Assembly (NCBI RefSeq): GCF_001949145.1
Contig: NW_019091359.1
Span: forward strand, 3,715,159-3,779,158
From: Acanthaster planci
Taxonomy: Eukaryota
Reading direction: 5' to 3'
Length of the DNA stretch: 64,000 bases
Part shown: in pieces, positions 49,201 to 62,938 of the stretch
How the letters are laid out: each line of letters begins with the position of its first letter
Position numbering within the stretch: the first letter of the stretch is position 1
The notes under the pieces: model-generated
Databases searched by the model: none
What the model saw: only the letters and a program-made list of their open reading frames with translations
What the model was told of the DNA's origin: nothing
Program-made: the position numbers and the translations under genes

Positions 49201-52200
49201 AGAGGTGTTTGTTGACTCTCAGCAGGAGTTTTCTATGTTTTATTCATCTTCACAAAATATTCAAAATGTTTCCACGAAAGAAGATACGTCTGAAAGACAT
49301 TCAGAATTGTGTCTTTACTAAATGTTCTTTTCGTTAAAAAAACCAGGCCTGTTGAAGACTTTTGACAGTATGCTGAACTGCATTCAACATGTGCAACTTC
49401 CTATGTCTATTGCTAACTCATGGGGTGAACCGGGGGGGGGTGGTCATGGGGCGGTACATATCCCTCACCTTTTTGTATTCTTCGTCATTTATTACAGCCC
49501 AACAGATAGATTTTCCAAAAGGTAATGAAAACGAAAAATAAACAGTATGAAATTTTAAAAAGCACTAGGTCCTCATCAGGTCAGAGCACACGAGCGCACA
49601 AGCAAGGTAAATCTTTATAAGGAACAGCGCCCTCTTTTAATGTGATCTTTTTCACTACCTTCCTTTTCAAATTTCTACGGCTGAGCAATTTTAAGATTTT
49701 GCCATCCCCAACCTCCACTCGTTGGCATTGTTTCTAGCCGTTGCTCACTACCACATTGTTTCTTCAAAATGACGATACTGTTAAGACAAGAACCAAACCA
49801 TTAAGACAGGGTGAGTTGGATGCCTGCTCTTATCAGGAAAAATAAGTGTTCATTAAATTATGAAAGACAATTTATTTTAAATAACCAAATTTTCTCCATC
49901 TGATTATAGGATGGGCAGTTGTGTGCCTATAACGAGATCGGTTGGAGGTGTGGGCTATAACCAAATTATTTTGTGGATCATGTGTATACGTTTTCAAAGG
50001 CAGCAGCGTCTGGGTGCCTCCTTTCTGAAGAAAAATCTCTTTATAGTTTCACAATAATTTGTTGAAAATGGCTCAATATTTACTTAACCCCCACCAAGCA
50101 AAAACCTCACCTTGACCAATGACTTGAGGCAAAAGTAACGATATCTGAAGAATTTCTTTTCAGGGGGCCTTAGCTGGTTTCGATTGCTGTCGTAGAAAGG
50201 TATGCCGACAAGACGAATGGGTGCTTTTATGAAATCTACTTCGTGAACGGAATTCTGTACTGTAACAAATCAGCCTTTTAAATTTTAATGAGCAGTGTTA
50301 GCCTTTTAAAACGAGATATTCGAGTTAGCATTTTACCAAAGCAATTAAATGTTTAATTATCTGTACGAGATGACCTTAAGATCTAACTCTGAAATCCTTT
50401 TGAAATAATTACTAGCTGTGCTTGTACATTTTTTGTTTTCAATGTGACGATCAGATGCCGCAGATAGACTTCCCATTTCTGCTCAGTTGACTCATATGCA
50501 GTCTCAAATTTATATACTTCGTCGGGATGTGGACCAACTGCTAGCGGAACTACATAGAACACGAGACCCGGAACCAGTTAATCCAGAAGGTAGGGAGAAG
50601 ATACCACTGAGTGTGGAGTGTTTATATTGGAGGAAATAGAGATAATTACCTATGCACAGATCCTACGACACGGGCATAAAATGCCCAGACAAATGAGACC
50701 AAAGGAGTTGTTTCTCTTTGTCATTATCAGCAAGGAAGGCCGGTCGGTACTTCGATAAAAACCTGCTGTCCATAGTTGCATCCCTTATTTCGCCGACCCA
50801 AAGCCCCCTTTTCCTGAATAACTAGGGTTAAATAGGACGGTGCTGAGTGAAACGACGGGTTTTGTTCTTAACTTTAGAAAATTCTGTTTCACTTACTTAT
50901 TAAAGTCTTTAAAAAATTCCTTTGGAAGAGCTTGAGTTAAAATATGAAAACACGGGAGAAAACGGGAAAGAATTCGACAATTAAAGGGGATAAATTCCAA
51001 AACTCATTTTTAACGATACTTAATATGGTAGAGGCTCGTTGTGATTGTTTGAATTCGTTACTTAAAGGTGTTAAATCAAAACGGTCAGCTCACACATTCC
51101 GACTGTGGATTCAAGATGTGCAATTTCTAATGAGATGTTGATAACATCAGGCTTTGAGACCCTGGTCTGACAAAGAGCAGAAAAGTCCATGATTGAGATT
51201 CCTCGGCTATGTAATTTTATCTCCATAGGTGATGGCAACGTGTATGCTCATTGTAGAATGGTTCCCAATGGCATCTATGACCCAGACACGTATGAGCCTA
51301 TCGTTGGAGACATCAACATGAGGCAAAGGGTGCGTACTATGGCAATCATTCGGCAATGGATATAATCAGCAAGATTAATTTGAATTGTTAGAACTTCACA
51401 AAGTTGTCTTAAACTATACGAATCATTGGTCAAAAAAATCTTAACACTTGTATGATTAATATAGTCCTGTGATTACAAAATGAACTGTTATAACCATTGG
51501 GAATCATTGTTTCGAAGTTAGTTAAGTTTTGAGTTAGCATTGATTATTTTAAGGTTTAAATGCCACTCATTTACAAGGCAAAATAGGTGCACCATTAATT
51601 TTCGTAAGCTGACTGAACCGAACTTTCAGATACAAGTCACTTTAATGCTCCAGGCAAACTAGTTAGTACCGTCGGAAACGTCTTACTCTTGGGGGTCGCT
51701 GCTATTCCTGGCATATACGTGAACTGTTTGACCGACGAAGTTTGCTCTGTGCACTTCCTCCAATTTGTCACATCCCGACGCCTGTACAGAGGAGGGCCCT
51801 TGCATCAAAATATTTGTCTAACAAGAAGTTGGCCAGGTTTCAACCCATGAGGGCGCGTCTGAAAATATTGCGGCAGGAACCAGTAGTAATGCAGAGGTGT
51901 ACATGTACATTCGTGACCTGTAAAACGCGTCGCAAAAATAAGCTATGGTTCATTGATTCTCAATTTTTGTGTGTTGCATTATCAACTGCACGTATACAGT
52001 GCAAGCCAATAATAATTCTGTTCAGTTAAAAACCACATTTCCTAGTTCAAAAGTTCGCAATCCATGGTCCTATATTCCAGAGTATCAGCTATGAGACCGA
52101 ACTTCACGCTACAATCTCGCATTAAACAGGCAACATTGGTAAAGCTTCCATTTTATTCCACCTAATGTAATCAAACACTGAAAAAATATCAATGACCAGA

Positions 52201-55200
52201 GACCGATGCACTCATGACAAAACTAACTTACTTGTGACTCATTTATCAAACCTTAAAATTTCAAAAAATCTTGAATACCGCGGATGATTCTAAATAGTGC
52301 GTATCGTTTACCAATCAAAGAACGTGAAATCTGTCGACCCTTTCCAAACACACATGGGGGTCGACAGATTTCGCGCAGTGTGATTGGTCAACGTGTTGCA
52401 AACTCTTGGTGGCGCACTTTTGTGGATCACCCGTATTATATTGTTTTCGGAAAACAAATTTTCAGCTTTCTTGTTTTAACATGACAAACCACAGTTTTTG
52501 GTTCTCGTTTGATCGACACATTGACTCATTTGGCCCATTTTGTTAAATTACTATACGAACTTTGAGTTTGTAAAAATAATACATTAAAGCTGAATTCCAA
52601 GATTGCCATCAACAACTTGGGTAAAATTAACTCAGAACAGATCCTTGAGCAATGTAAAAAGTATTAAAGGCCTCATTATTATCATAATCTGAGGTTATCA
52701 CTCACGATTTTCGGTTCAATATCCAGGCAGTTGGCGGTCAGATGGACGTCAAGGTCTTCCTATACGGGTTTATGACTCCTAAAAGCGTGCATGGCATACA
52801 TGTTCATACCTACGGCGACTTGGGAAACGGTTGTGGGTCAGCTGGCGGTCATTATAACCCGGGTGGAAACAATCACAGCGCCCCCTACGACAAAGATAGG
52901 TATGTTTGCACTCAACTGAAGGCAAGTTCTAGAACGGAAACATTGTAGAAGGGTTTTTCTGCCATTTCGGGGTATTTTAACATGTTGGCGGTATTTTTGT
53001 GCGGCATTGCGAAGGAATTACCCACTGGATATGTTTATGTTTATTCAAGATCATGGAAAATCCTAAAAATGGCTGATGGATAAGAATGACTGATAGTGGA
53101 TGTCGAAAATGCGTTTACTCAAAATGTTACGGTATGGCTATGGAGCGTCAAAAGTGCACAACCCCATTTTCTGCTGATAGATTTTCTGGATTTTAGACTT
53201 TTCGTAAAGCTTTTTCCAAAAACACAATTTTCCGCTAGCAAAAAATTGGATTTTACTTTAACAAGTCTTGTGGCGAGTGGACAACCAAAAACTTCAAATT
53301 CAAACTGGCAAAATTACTGTCATACTCCAAAAGTGGACAATTCCATTTTCTCATTTTCTGCCAGTAGATTTTTGGGTTTTTTTAAAGTTGCACCATACTT
53401 TTTCAAAAATCCCATTTTTTTACTGGCAGAAATTTGAATTTTACTCAGACGACGGCGAGGTGGTCCAAAAGTGGACAAGTTGAAAATTGAAAGGACACTT
53501 TTCTCCCTACGTTGAAATATAACAGTCTTAAGAAGATTGGCATCACCCGACCCAGGAAAAAAAATAATGTAATGTGGACGAAAGTTTGGAAGCGGCTGCC
53601 TGGGAAGTGGAAGAGTGACAGTCCTTCGTAGTACAGCAACTTGTAGAGCCAGTCCTATTGCATTAACCAACCGGTCGTTGACGGGCATCAGGCGTCATTT
53701 GGACACTCCCTTGTTATTGGCCTTTATCATGCAACTTGTATTTCCATCTCTGTATAGCCGATTTTGTGAAAAAGATTGGGCCCTTTTTTAAGATATTCAG
53801 ATATAAGATTTGTTATACAATCCACCACCCATGTATTTCACAGTTCATGCATCCGACGACTGCTCTGGGCCGTCACTTGCAAGTTTGTGTTTTCATTGCG
53901 TTAATATGTCACATTGACACTTTGAATCATTTGTATTAATAGTATGACCCAGGCCTCCACTATATAACCACCCACTTGTATTTGATGACTTGAACAAAGA
54001 TTTGAATGATAAATATTAAATTAAATCTTTGATGTCATATCAGTGACCGACTGGTGCACTGACTGAAAGATTTATTGGCTGAATACGTGCTTTGGAATTT
54101 GTGGGGTGTCAAAATTAATTCAGCAAGTTCACGTTGCATTTTAATGTTTATCATTTTACTTTCTCTATTTTCCCCTTTTTGAACCTCTTGGTTAACTTGA
54201 TTAAACAGCACTTAGCTTCTTCTCTTGACATGACATTTTTTCAATTCAGACCTTTTTTCGGTCCACAACAAATTCAATTATACAACTGGACAGGACATGG
54301 ACACGGTGGTTTATTACAGCTAGCATCTTTTAGGGGCATATCACCATGCGCTCAGTTATTAAAAATGTAATTGTTCGACGGAAAGCCGCCACTGTCATTC
54401 TAATTACACGGTGCACTGGGAAGCCGTAGCGTTAACATAGAGCCTAAAAGTAAAAGGTCACGCAGCGACCTTCCGGAACCCTTGCGCGATCTAATCTTTG
54501 GAAAAATAATTCCTTACTGGAACCACCCCCATGAAACACTCATGTTAGAATTTTACCTTTGTCTTCCTCAAGTAATATTTTGAAAGAGTCACCTGGAGAT
54601 GGGTAAAAACGAATTGAATAACGACCTTTCACGTCCAGCGATGTCGTATCTAGGTCACCGTTGCATGAACAACATGCACGTTTGTTTTCACTCGCCGTGC
54701 TGTCTTGAAAACGAGATTGCACAACCTTGCAAAGATTTTACCTACCTGCAGTCGATGTGTTCCAGATTCTGTTGTGCTGACATCATGCAGTTGTTGTCAG
54801 CAAAGGTTAGATAAAATATTAGAATCTTTCGTGAAAGTAGAATATTGCTTTATGTTTATTACCTTATAAATTATCAAAATGTGTAAAATATTTTAATCTG
54901 TTTTTATTTTGGTTTTCACCCACAGACTAATATTCATTTGCAAACGAGACTGTCGTATTGCGCTGTTCTTCATGTATTTTAGATTTTCGGAAGTGATGGG
55001 TCAATTTTTGGCAGGCTATTTCTCTTTTAGGTCAAGTAATTTTTCAGTTTCTATAAATTATATCAACAAATATTTTTCGATTTTTAAAGAAGAAACTGAA
55101 CAAAATATATTACAAATTCTAAAGTTCTGCACGTTATTTTTCCTATCTAAGGGTTCAGGAAGCGCGCCATCAGGCTCTATTGGCTGCCCATCTTCCCAAG

Positions 55201-56980
55201 ACCGTTCCATTCTGAGCGTAGGAAGCACTGCGGTCGTTTCAGTTTTCCACTTTTGGACCACCTCGCCGTCATCAAAGTAAAATCCAATTTCTGCCAGCAG
55301 AAAGTTGGGTTTTTATGAAAAGGGACGGTACAACTTCAAAAAACCTTAAAATCTACTGACAGAAAATGAGAAAATGGGGTTGTCCTCTTTTGGACCATCA
55401 AATAAAGTTTGCTAGTGGAAATCTGAAATTTTAGTTTTCCTTTTTAGACGCGCCACGAGTTGTTAAAGTAAAAGCCTTTTTTTTTGCTAGCTAAAAATTG
55501 CGTTTTTTGAAAATGCTTTACGCAAAGTCCAAAATCCCCAAAATCTTCTTGCCTTAAATGAGAAAATAGGGTTGTCCGGTTTTGACGCTCCATATTTGGC
55601 AGCTAATGAAGATAACAATGAATGATAATGGTGATGGATGACAGTGCATTAAGAGCAAACGGAGGTGATGAGGTGACAGTAGTGGTGATAGGTGAGAGTG
55701 TTGACCAGTGGCGTAAATCTGTGCCGGAAATTGGGGGGGGGGGATTGGGAAAGGTGGGTGGGGGATGACTTACCCAGCCATGAAACTTTGAAAATTGGGG
55801 GAGGGGATTACTATGTAAAGGTAAATGTTCATGATATTGATGAAAATCTGTCATGTATTTAGAAGGGCATAATCATTTATGGCGTTTTAAACTGTTTTCT
55901 TTTTTTGAGTGATATTGAACGCATTTTGGTCGATGGAGGTCTAAAAAATTCTTCACAATGCGCTTTCTTTTTTGCTCACATACAAAAAAGTGTGTGTCTC
56001 TGGGAGATGATTCAATAGCTTATCCCCTACCTCAGAAAGTGGGGGATATATACCCCCCCCCTTGACGCCCATGGTGGTGAAAAAGTGGCAATATTCCAGT
56101 GAAATATGAGATGCATTCTTCGAGACAAGACGGGTGAACGTTAGTGCATGAGACTACATGATAACCAATACATAATTTACGTACACCCTTTAGGTATCTT
56201 CATATATTCTGCCTAGGCACATGGGTGACTGGGGTAATATCCAGGTGGATGACTTCGGCATGGTTGAACATACTTTTTCTGACAAGGTAGCGACTCTCGT
56301 CGGGCCTAACTCTATTCTTGGACGAACAATTGTGGTGAGCACAAAGAAGACATAAATAGACATTATAAAAGTACATCTTCATGTACATGTATAACTTTCA
56401 CTGTGAAACTGTGGCTGGTTGGATTGATTGTGTATGTAATTTCCATGGAACCCTTGTTAGGATCTCTTTCTAAGAGGGAAACGATAGTTTACAATGACGT
56501 CATATATTCTTCCCACTAAGTCTTCCTTCCCACATATACCATGTCAGGCCAAGTCCAATAAAGGCGGTATTTCATGACTGTGCAAAGGATGCCCAATGAA
56601 ACTTAGTGAAAGCCGTAGCCAGAAACCTTCGTCAGCAATTTAAAAAATATACTCAGCCACTGTGGAGATGGCCCGACAGCAAAGATGATGAACGACAAGG
56701 GCTATAGGTGATAAGGGACTTTTCTCGTATCAAGAATTTTCAAGTAAATCTTTGTTAAATTTCTTCAGTGTGAAAGCACAGCTGCACAGCTTGAATGCGT
56801 TGATGAATGCCAAAGTGTTGAATGCGCATCATATTCTTGTAATTATTTTAGATCCACATTGGGGAGGATGACCTGGGTAAAGGAGGCACGGCAGATAGTA
56901 AGACGACTGGCAACGCTGGAGGGCGCCTCGGGTGTTGTGTTATCGGTCATTCGGACGGATCAGCGTGGGCAAATTTCTAA
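46272..56980 (+). CDS. Extracellular-type Cu/Zn superoxide dismutase (SOD3-like). Exons: 46272-46338, 50455-50589, 51229-51329, 52727-52899, 56217-56334, 56852-56980
   Basis: Signal peptide [22 protein letters not shown], then [61 protein letters not shown] and [13 protein letters not shown]; all Cu/Zn ligands and the catalytic Arg are present. The first two exons are less certain than the core. Confidence 0.93.
47298..47336 (-). ncRNA. Minimal type-I hammerhead-like motif (Penelope-associated variant) in SOD intron 1
   Basis: Minus strand reads GCCT-TTGAGAAA-GATTTT GCT AGGATC-GAAAC-GTC-AGGC: stem I GCCT/AGGC, stem II, GAAAC, palindromic ACGT stem III; the first core box deviates from CUGAUGA. 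Confidence 0.45.
52275..52436. mobile_element. ~160-bp palindromic MITE
   Basis: Nested inversion: AGTGCG..CCAATCA..GAAATCTGTCGACCC / GGGTCGACAGATTTC..TGATTGG..CGCACT. Confidence 0.6.
53139..55594. mobile_element. ~2.45-kb non-autonomous IS3EU-like DNA transposon with ~340-bp TIRs, in a SOD intron
   Basis: 53139-53475 is the imperfect inverted complement of 55247-55594; ends TATGGAGCGTCAAAA...TTTTGACGCTCCATA; flanks TATGGC/TTTGGC (5/6); no transposase ORF. Confidence 0.8.
55706..56073. mobile_element. hAT-like MITE (CAGTGGCGTA...ACGCCCATG)
   Basis: Imperfect TIR; 8-bp flanks GTGTTGAC/GTGGTGAA; homologous copies elsewhere in the window. Confidence 0.65.
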
Positions 56981-59908
56981 AAAACAGCGGCAAATTATCA
57001 CCAACTGTAGAATGAGCATTTCCTTTCTTTTCATTTCTTTTTTTCAGGTTTTATTCGGAAGGCCACGCTTTTGCAATTCAGTTTAAACTTATTGTTTGGA
57101 AAAGTCATCTTTACATCCACAGTTTAACTTTAGAACTTTAAAAAAACTTACCTTGAAAACTATGATTTCAATAGATGCATTCACTTGTGGTTATTACTTA
57201 AGACGAATATTAGGTTTGAAGTACGTTGATAGGCAACTAACTTTGTGATAAGCTGATTTTTTGTCCTTTCAGAAAACACTTCTTACGTCTCTCCAAAAGA
57301 AAATAAATTACGTCAGAAGGAAGGTTTTCGGGCGTATTTCTGTCTGTGGCTTTTCGGCCACACGCTCAAAGTCATAAATACCCCTACTTAAAAATATTAG
57401 GACATAGAAAGAAACCTCGCCAACGATCGCGCCAGACATTAAATTGTAGCTTGAATTGTTCTTTTGTCACCTCTTGTTTATTAATTTTTTTGGGGAGGGG
57501 GATGTGATGGCTTTCGCTGATGTAAACATTTTCTGCAAAGTATTTTCACCCCTGCAACCAGGCCTGTATGAAGAAACCGATCGTCATTTTTAAAAAGGAG
57601 ATACGTGTATATACCTCCACTCCACTGCAAAAAGAAGTAATCTAAGCTCTGATTGTTCCCGGTTATTACAGAAAAGAAAGCTCGTGTAGCTGCCCAAGGC
57701 TGGGACTCTTCATGTCGCAAACCTGCATCAAGTGCACCTACAGCGAAACCCGTCACGAAGAGCGAAACTAATGGCACGTATATCGTCATTTGGTCGATGT
57801 AAGCTTTCTTGGACCAATTTACAGCATTGCATCATCCATTCCGCATATCTTGCGTTACGAGATATTATTGTTATAATTCCTATATTTATTTTTCCATTTA
57901 CACTTAACACGTTTGCAAAACTTCATGGACCCTCTTATAACTTCCTAGACAGTATGAACTTGTCGATGTTGTCTCAGTGCATGTCCTATATTCATAATAC
58001 AACAGGCTTAAACAAAATAATGTAAACACATTATACTTTGCCAAAAACACAATGACGTATTGTAGTTATAAGTTTAATAATACAAAGCGAGCGTTGTGCT
58101 CGTCTACTCATGCTCAGTTAAGTAGTAACATTAACATTGTTTCGATTTATGTTCGATGTTTGAGAATGCACTGTTTCATGTACATGTAGTACCGCAGTGC
58201 GTAACAGCGGCATCAAAATATTGACAGGACAATATCATTCTTTTATAGTGTAGAAGGCTAACAGAGCGAATGTAAAATATATTTTTTCTTTTATGTTGAA
58301 CTTTTCAAGTAACCGTTGCGTGTTCACATTTATGAGCATGTCAAAACATTCTGCATAATTATTAAAATAAAGAGCGTTAATTGCTTAGTACTTACAGACT
58401 ACTTTCAAATGCCCAAAGTACGCCTACGTTCGTTACAAAACATCATTATGGTTATGGATATTTGACGCGTTATTTTCAGTGAAGGGCGTGTGAATGCATT
58501 TTTGTATACACTTTGGCTTGTTTCTTGACTGCCATTCACTGCAGAGATATCAACTGAACACATAAGAAGCTAAGTATCAAACTTAACTGTTTTGTTCGTT
58601 CTCCATCAAAGTTAATTTGCATATTTCATCTTGTTTAAATTGAGTTCTCTTTAAATATTGAGAATAGAATTGTGCAATCAAAACATTCTTTTAACCTAAT
58701 TGGAACATTTTCCGCAAACCTCCATACGTTTGTGGTTTCTTCAAACCCCAGACCGATGTTGTCAAACAGCGCCCTCGAACTAACACACGCACAAATCGCT
58801 GACTACCAATAAACTCTCCAAACATGCGAGATGTAAACGCGAGTAAATTCTGGCAAAACCTTCGTGTTAACTCTTTCATCTTACAACCTTGGCACCTTAC
58901 TTTAATTTCACTTTAATATGCTCCTTCCTCGTGTTAATAACAATCACACCCAGTAAAGGTTATACTGTCTCTAGACAAGGCTTAAAGTAGCACAGCAGCT
59001 ATGGAAAATGGTAGTTATTTCCAGCCGAGCAAAGGTAAAAAAAAAGTACAAAGACCTTCAGCCGACCGAAAGATAACAGTTTTTTCCAAATGTAAACGCA
59101 AGCTCATGAAGTCTACGCCGTTATAGTATAAATGCTGCATAAATTGTGGAAGATACTGTCACTCTTGAACCCTTTCAGTAAATAACATACTTGGTTGGTT
59201 AATAATGTCCAACTAAAGTCCCCAAAAGAAAATTATTATATTGGGCTGCACTATGTACACATTTCTACAATTGGGCTGCATATGTACAAATTTTCAAAAG
59301 TGCCGAGGCTTAGCCTATCTCAAAGACAAAGATCAAAAATTTGGAACAGACTTTAAAGGCACGTACGTGGTGGCTTCAGATGCTGCGACAATTTAACTCA
59401 CTCATGCAGAGGTTACTAATTTATTACATAGTTCATAGCTCGGTTTACCCCTTATTATATACTCGCACTTTGTAAGGCCTTCTTCGTCATACACGTCTCT
59501 CTCACCCCAGCCTCTCCAATTGGCGACAAAGCGTCTCATTTACTTCGTGCAAGACGTTTCTTCAAGCGCATTTCTCTGAATGTACAGCCATTCTGCAAGT
59601 AACGTCTTCAAAAAATGAGGTTTTAAGCATACATTAAAAAGCGGATTTTGGAATTAAATCACCAAGACAGATCATTAAGACTGTCTCGCCTCCTCTATAT
59701 CACCACCATCCATGGCTGAATCCAGCATAGTTATGCCACTTGCGTCAAAGATCCAAGGAGCTTGCGTGAACTCTTCCTGGGACAAAACTTTGTTTCCTAT
59801 ATCATTGAGAAATAAAGGAGAAAACTAAGTGTTACTGATATGTAGTCACGTGACTTGACGCCTGAAAAGGGTGACACTAATGACAGGATTGAGGAGTCAT
59901 TTGAAAAA

Positions 59909-59969
59909 CCCTAACAGTCCTGAATCCTCCAATTTTAATATGATTTTGCATACACCCAGGGAGTTAGGG
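59909..59969. mobile_element. piggyBac-like mini-MITE, copy 2
   Basis: Near-identical to 3102-3163; TTAA on the right flank only. Confidence 0.65.
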
Positions 59970-60075
59970 TTAATATCAAGTTGCTGAAACAGATTACGCA
60001 AATGTACTGGACTCAGTAAAACCGTTGTATTCGTTTTAACGCAATCTTCGAATATCAGAATATCAAAACCTTAAT

Positions 60076-60264
60076 AAAAGAACAGCAAACCATCAACAAA
60101 AGAACAACAAACTTTTACAACAAACCGTCAACAAAAGAACAGCAAACCATGAACAAAAAACAAGAAGCCATCAACAGAATAACAGCAAACTTTCACCAAA
60201 AGAACAACAAACCATTAACAAAAGAACAGCAAACCATTAACAAAAGAACCACAAACCATCAACA
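60076..60264. repeat. ~21-bp minisatellite (AACAAAAGAACAGCAAACCATC-like), about 9 degenerate units
   Basis: Direct tandem repetition. Confidence 0.85.
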
Positions 60265-60399
60265 ATCATTTTGGCTTTTATTGGCAATTTTATACAGCCC
60301 CCCAGACAGAGATACACCTACATCAACTGTATCATGTGTGCTACATCATGACTTTTTAATACGCAATTATATAAATACTGTCCACCAACTGAAAAAAAC

Positions 60400-60920
60400 A
60401 AGGTGAACATTGGAAAATCTACCGACAGTGACAGCAACAAATTTTCTGCCCAACAGGCATGCATGACCAAGCTATCCTGCTTTTTACTCTGGCGGAAGAT
60501 TAGGGCTTGGGTCTACTTCAACTCTCACATGTCTAGTCTAATCTGGATCACATTCTCTGATTGCTCTTCTCTTGTGTCCGCCTTCAACCCGTCATATGTT
60601 TGCCAGTCTGGACACAGCTTACAGTCTTCTGGTTTGCTGCCATCAGATAGTCACGGCAGCATTGTTCCCAGAGGATAGGGTATCTAAGAAAGTGTTGCAT
60701 AGTATTGGGGTACCCCCCTTACCTGTCCAATCCCCATACACACTCAAGACTATTATTACCTGACACATCCCCCTAGAAGTCTGTAAAGAATTCCTGAGAT
60801 TCTGATCAAACAATGACCAACACAAAGGCGGGGGGGTTCTCTCCGTCCCATATCTAGCTTCAAATGGATTGGGGTGATGTGCCACACTTACAGTTAATAT
60901 TCTCATCATCGGTGTACCCC
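60400..60920 (+). mobile_element. Possible highly decayed Penelope-like RT remnant
   Basis: Weak echoes in the expected order: CFLLWRKIR (cf. FYLLPKIHK), PVQSPYT (cf. DVxSLYT), CATLTVNIL (cf. APxxANIF); many stops and frameshifts. Confidence 0.25.
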
Positions 60921-62174
60921 CATCTTTTCACTCTTTGCTTTATTACGGAATATAAGACAGAAAGAAAAGAACAGGCCCACAAAACGAAGGTCTAAATGGA
61001 AAATGTAGGACATAAGGAAATTTCTTGCAGTATTTAAAGGAAATAGAAAATGTGAAGAGAAGAAAGACTGATGTTTTGACGAACTCACAAGAACACCATT
61101 TGAAAACCGACCAACGTGCACTCTCGATAAGACCATCACGTACATGTACGTCTACTGGGCCAAACGTGATGCTTCCATAAATGGAGATTAACGGAAATCT
61201 GCAGCGGATGGACCACACCTTTATCAGCTCCCACTGCGCACAAAACTCACTTCTAACTTCCAAACTCCTCCGAGAATTGATGAGCATTAAATCGAACCTC
61301 TTCGCATCTTAATACCTACAGCAAATAAGACACATTTAAGTGGTCCGCTAAGTGCAACCAAGGAGTAATTAAAAGACTACTGTGAGACCGCCTGGGTTGT
61401 ATTGTTCGAGAAGGGACCACACAGGTTGAGTTGCCGATCCAAGCAAAGCCGATTAGGCGGTATCGAGAGGCAGGCAGACATCCATTATGATGGAATCATC
61501 TCCCCTTTCATAATGGATCGGTCTTTCTGGACAAGTTACGGTTTCACTCTGATTAACTAACAGTGTAGACGCAATTCAATTGTATTTGGAACCAGACTTT
61601 CCTCTACAACATCCGTCAATGCCATCCGCATAAAAAACCACTCCGAAAATGGATCGCAAGCCCTTATTTATGTCCCACTTTCATCGGCCATAAATCGGAG
61701 AAAAAACTCACAGCCTTGGAAGGTGAACTGTCAGAAACTGTGTTTAAAAGGATTAAATTAAGACTGTTGAGATCAACTCCACGACAAGTGACCGAGATAT
61801 AAACAACAAAACAGAGACCGTTTAGAAAAACAAATACATGCCATGACCTATATGCACTTAGCATTTGGCACACACGTCGTGGAATTCACCAGTCGTCTTC
61901 CAAGCGATGACAAACATGACCAACATTGCCAAGTATGCATACCAGTCGCTGTCTCCTGCGAATATTCTAGAAAGATCCGAGAGGTAAATTAACACCAGAC
62001 CAATGAATCTATACCACGATGCAGTTTGTATCAGTGTTAAACATCTATTATAAAATAGAGCCATTCTGTTAAATCAGCTGAATGTGACTCCACTTACGTC
62101 ACTTAATTTCTGCAATTTCTATCATTTTTGTTCCCAGGGCCATAACTAAAGTACGTGTAATACCTATATATTTT

Positions 62175-62938
62175 TAATATTATGGCTTTTTAAATTGTTC
62201 TCCTTTTTGAGTAATACTAAATGCATTTTAGTCCTTGGAAGTCTGAAAACTACTTCACCAACCACTTTAATTTTTTTTTGCTCACCACAAAAAGTGGGGA
62301 GGGGATGATTAGCCCTTTCCCCAAAAAGTATGTGTGTGTGGGGGGGGGATTTATACTCCATTTCCCCGGATTTACGCCCATGAATTTCCTTCAGAATTAG
62401 GGGTCGGGTTTTTGGGGACAATAATGCAACATAAGCTAAACTGGTTAAACTATATTGAATGGCAAGTTGATTTTGAGGAATAAGCATCGACGACAAATAA
62501 TACATTGAAGGGATATTTCTAAGCCACACACTGTAGCAAAATGCCCTTATCCAGTGCATGCAGTGGCGTAAATCTGTGTTGGAAATTGGGGGGGTGGGGA
62601 AAGGTGGGGGGATGACTTGCCCGGCCATGGAAATTTGAAGGGGGGACCATATACACTCTATAGAGGGCGATGTTCATGATAAAGATGTACATCGGTGTTG
62701 TATATCAAATTCATGTAGAATCTTACATCAGAATGACATATTTATGGCTTTTTAAAATTGCCTTCCTCTTTTTAGTGACATTGCAAACATTTCAGTCTTT
62801 AAATTCTTCACAATAAGCATTAATTTTTTTGCTCATGAAAAAACGTGTGCGTGTGTGGGGGAGGGATGATTCGATAGCCCATCCCCAGCCCAAAGAGTGG
62901 AGGATGTATAACCAATCCCCCCGGGATTAACGCCCATG
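62175..62938. mobile_element. Two further copies of the hAT-like MITE (partial ~62175-62382; full 62561-62938)
   Basis: CAGTGGCGTAAATCTGTG start at 62561, ACGCCCATG ends at 62382 and 62938; similar to 55706-56073. Confidence 0.7.

Noticed and set aside
46272..56980. Functional stress-gene cluster of SOD with ectC
   Set aside because: Separated by CNBD2-B, with no evidence of co-regulation; adjacency alone is uninformative in animals.
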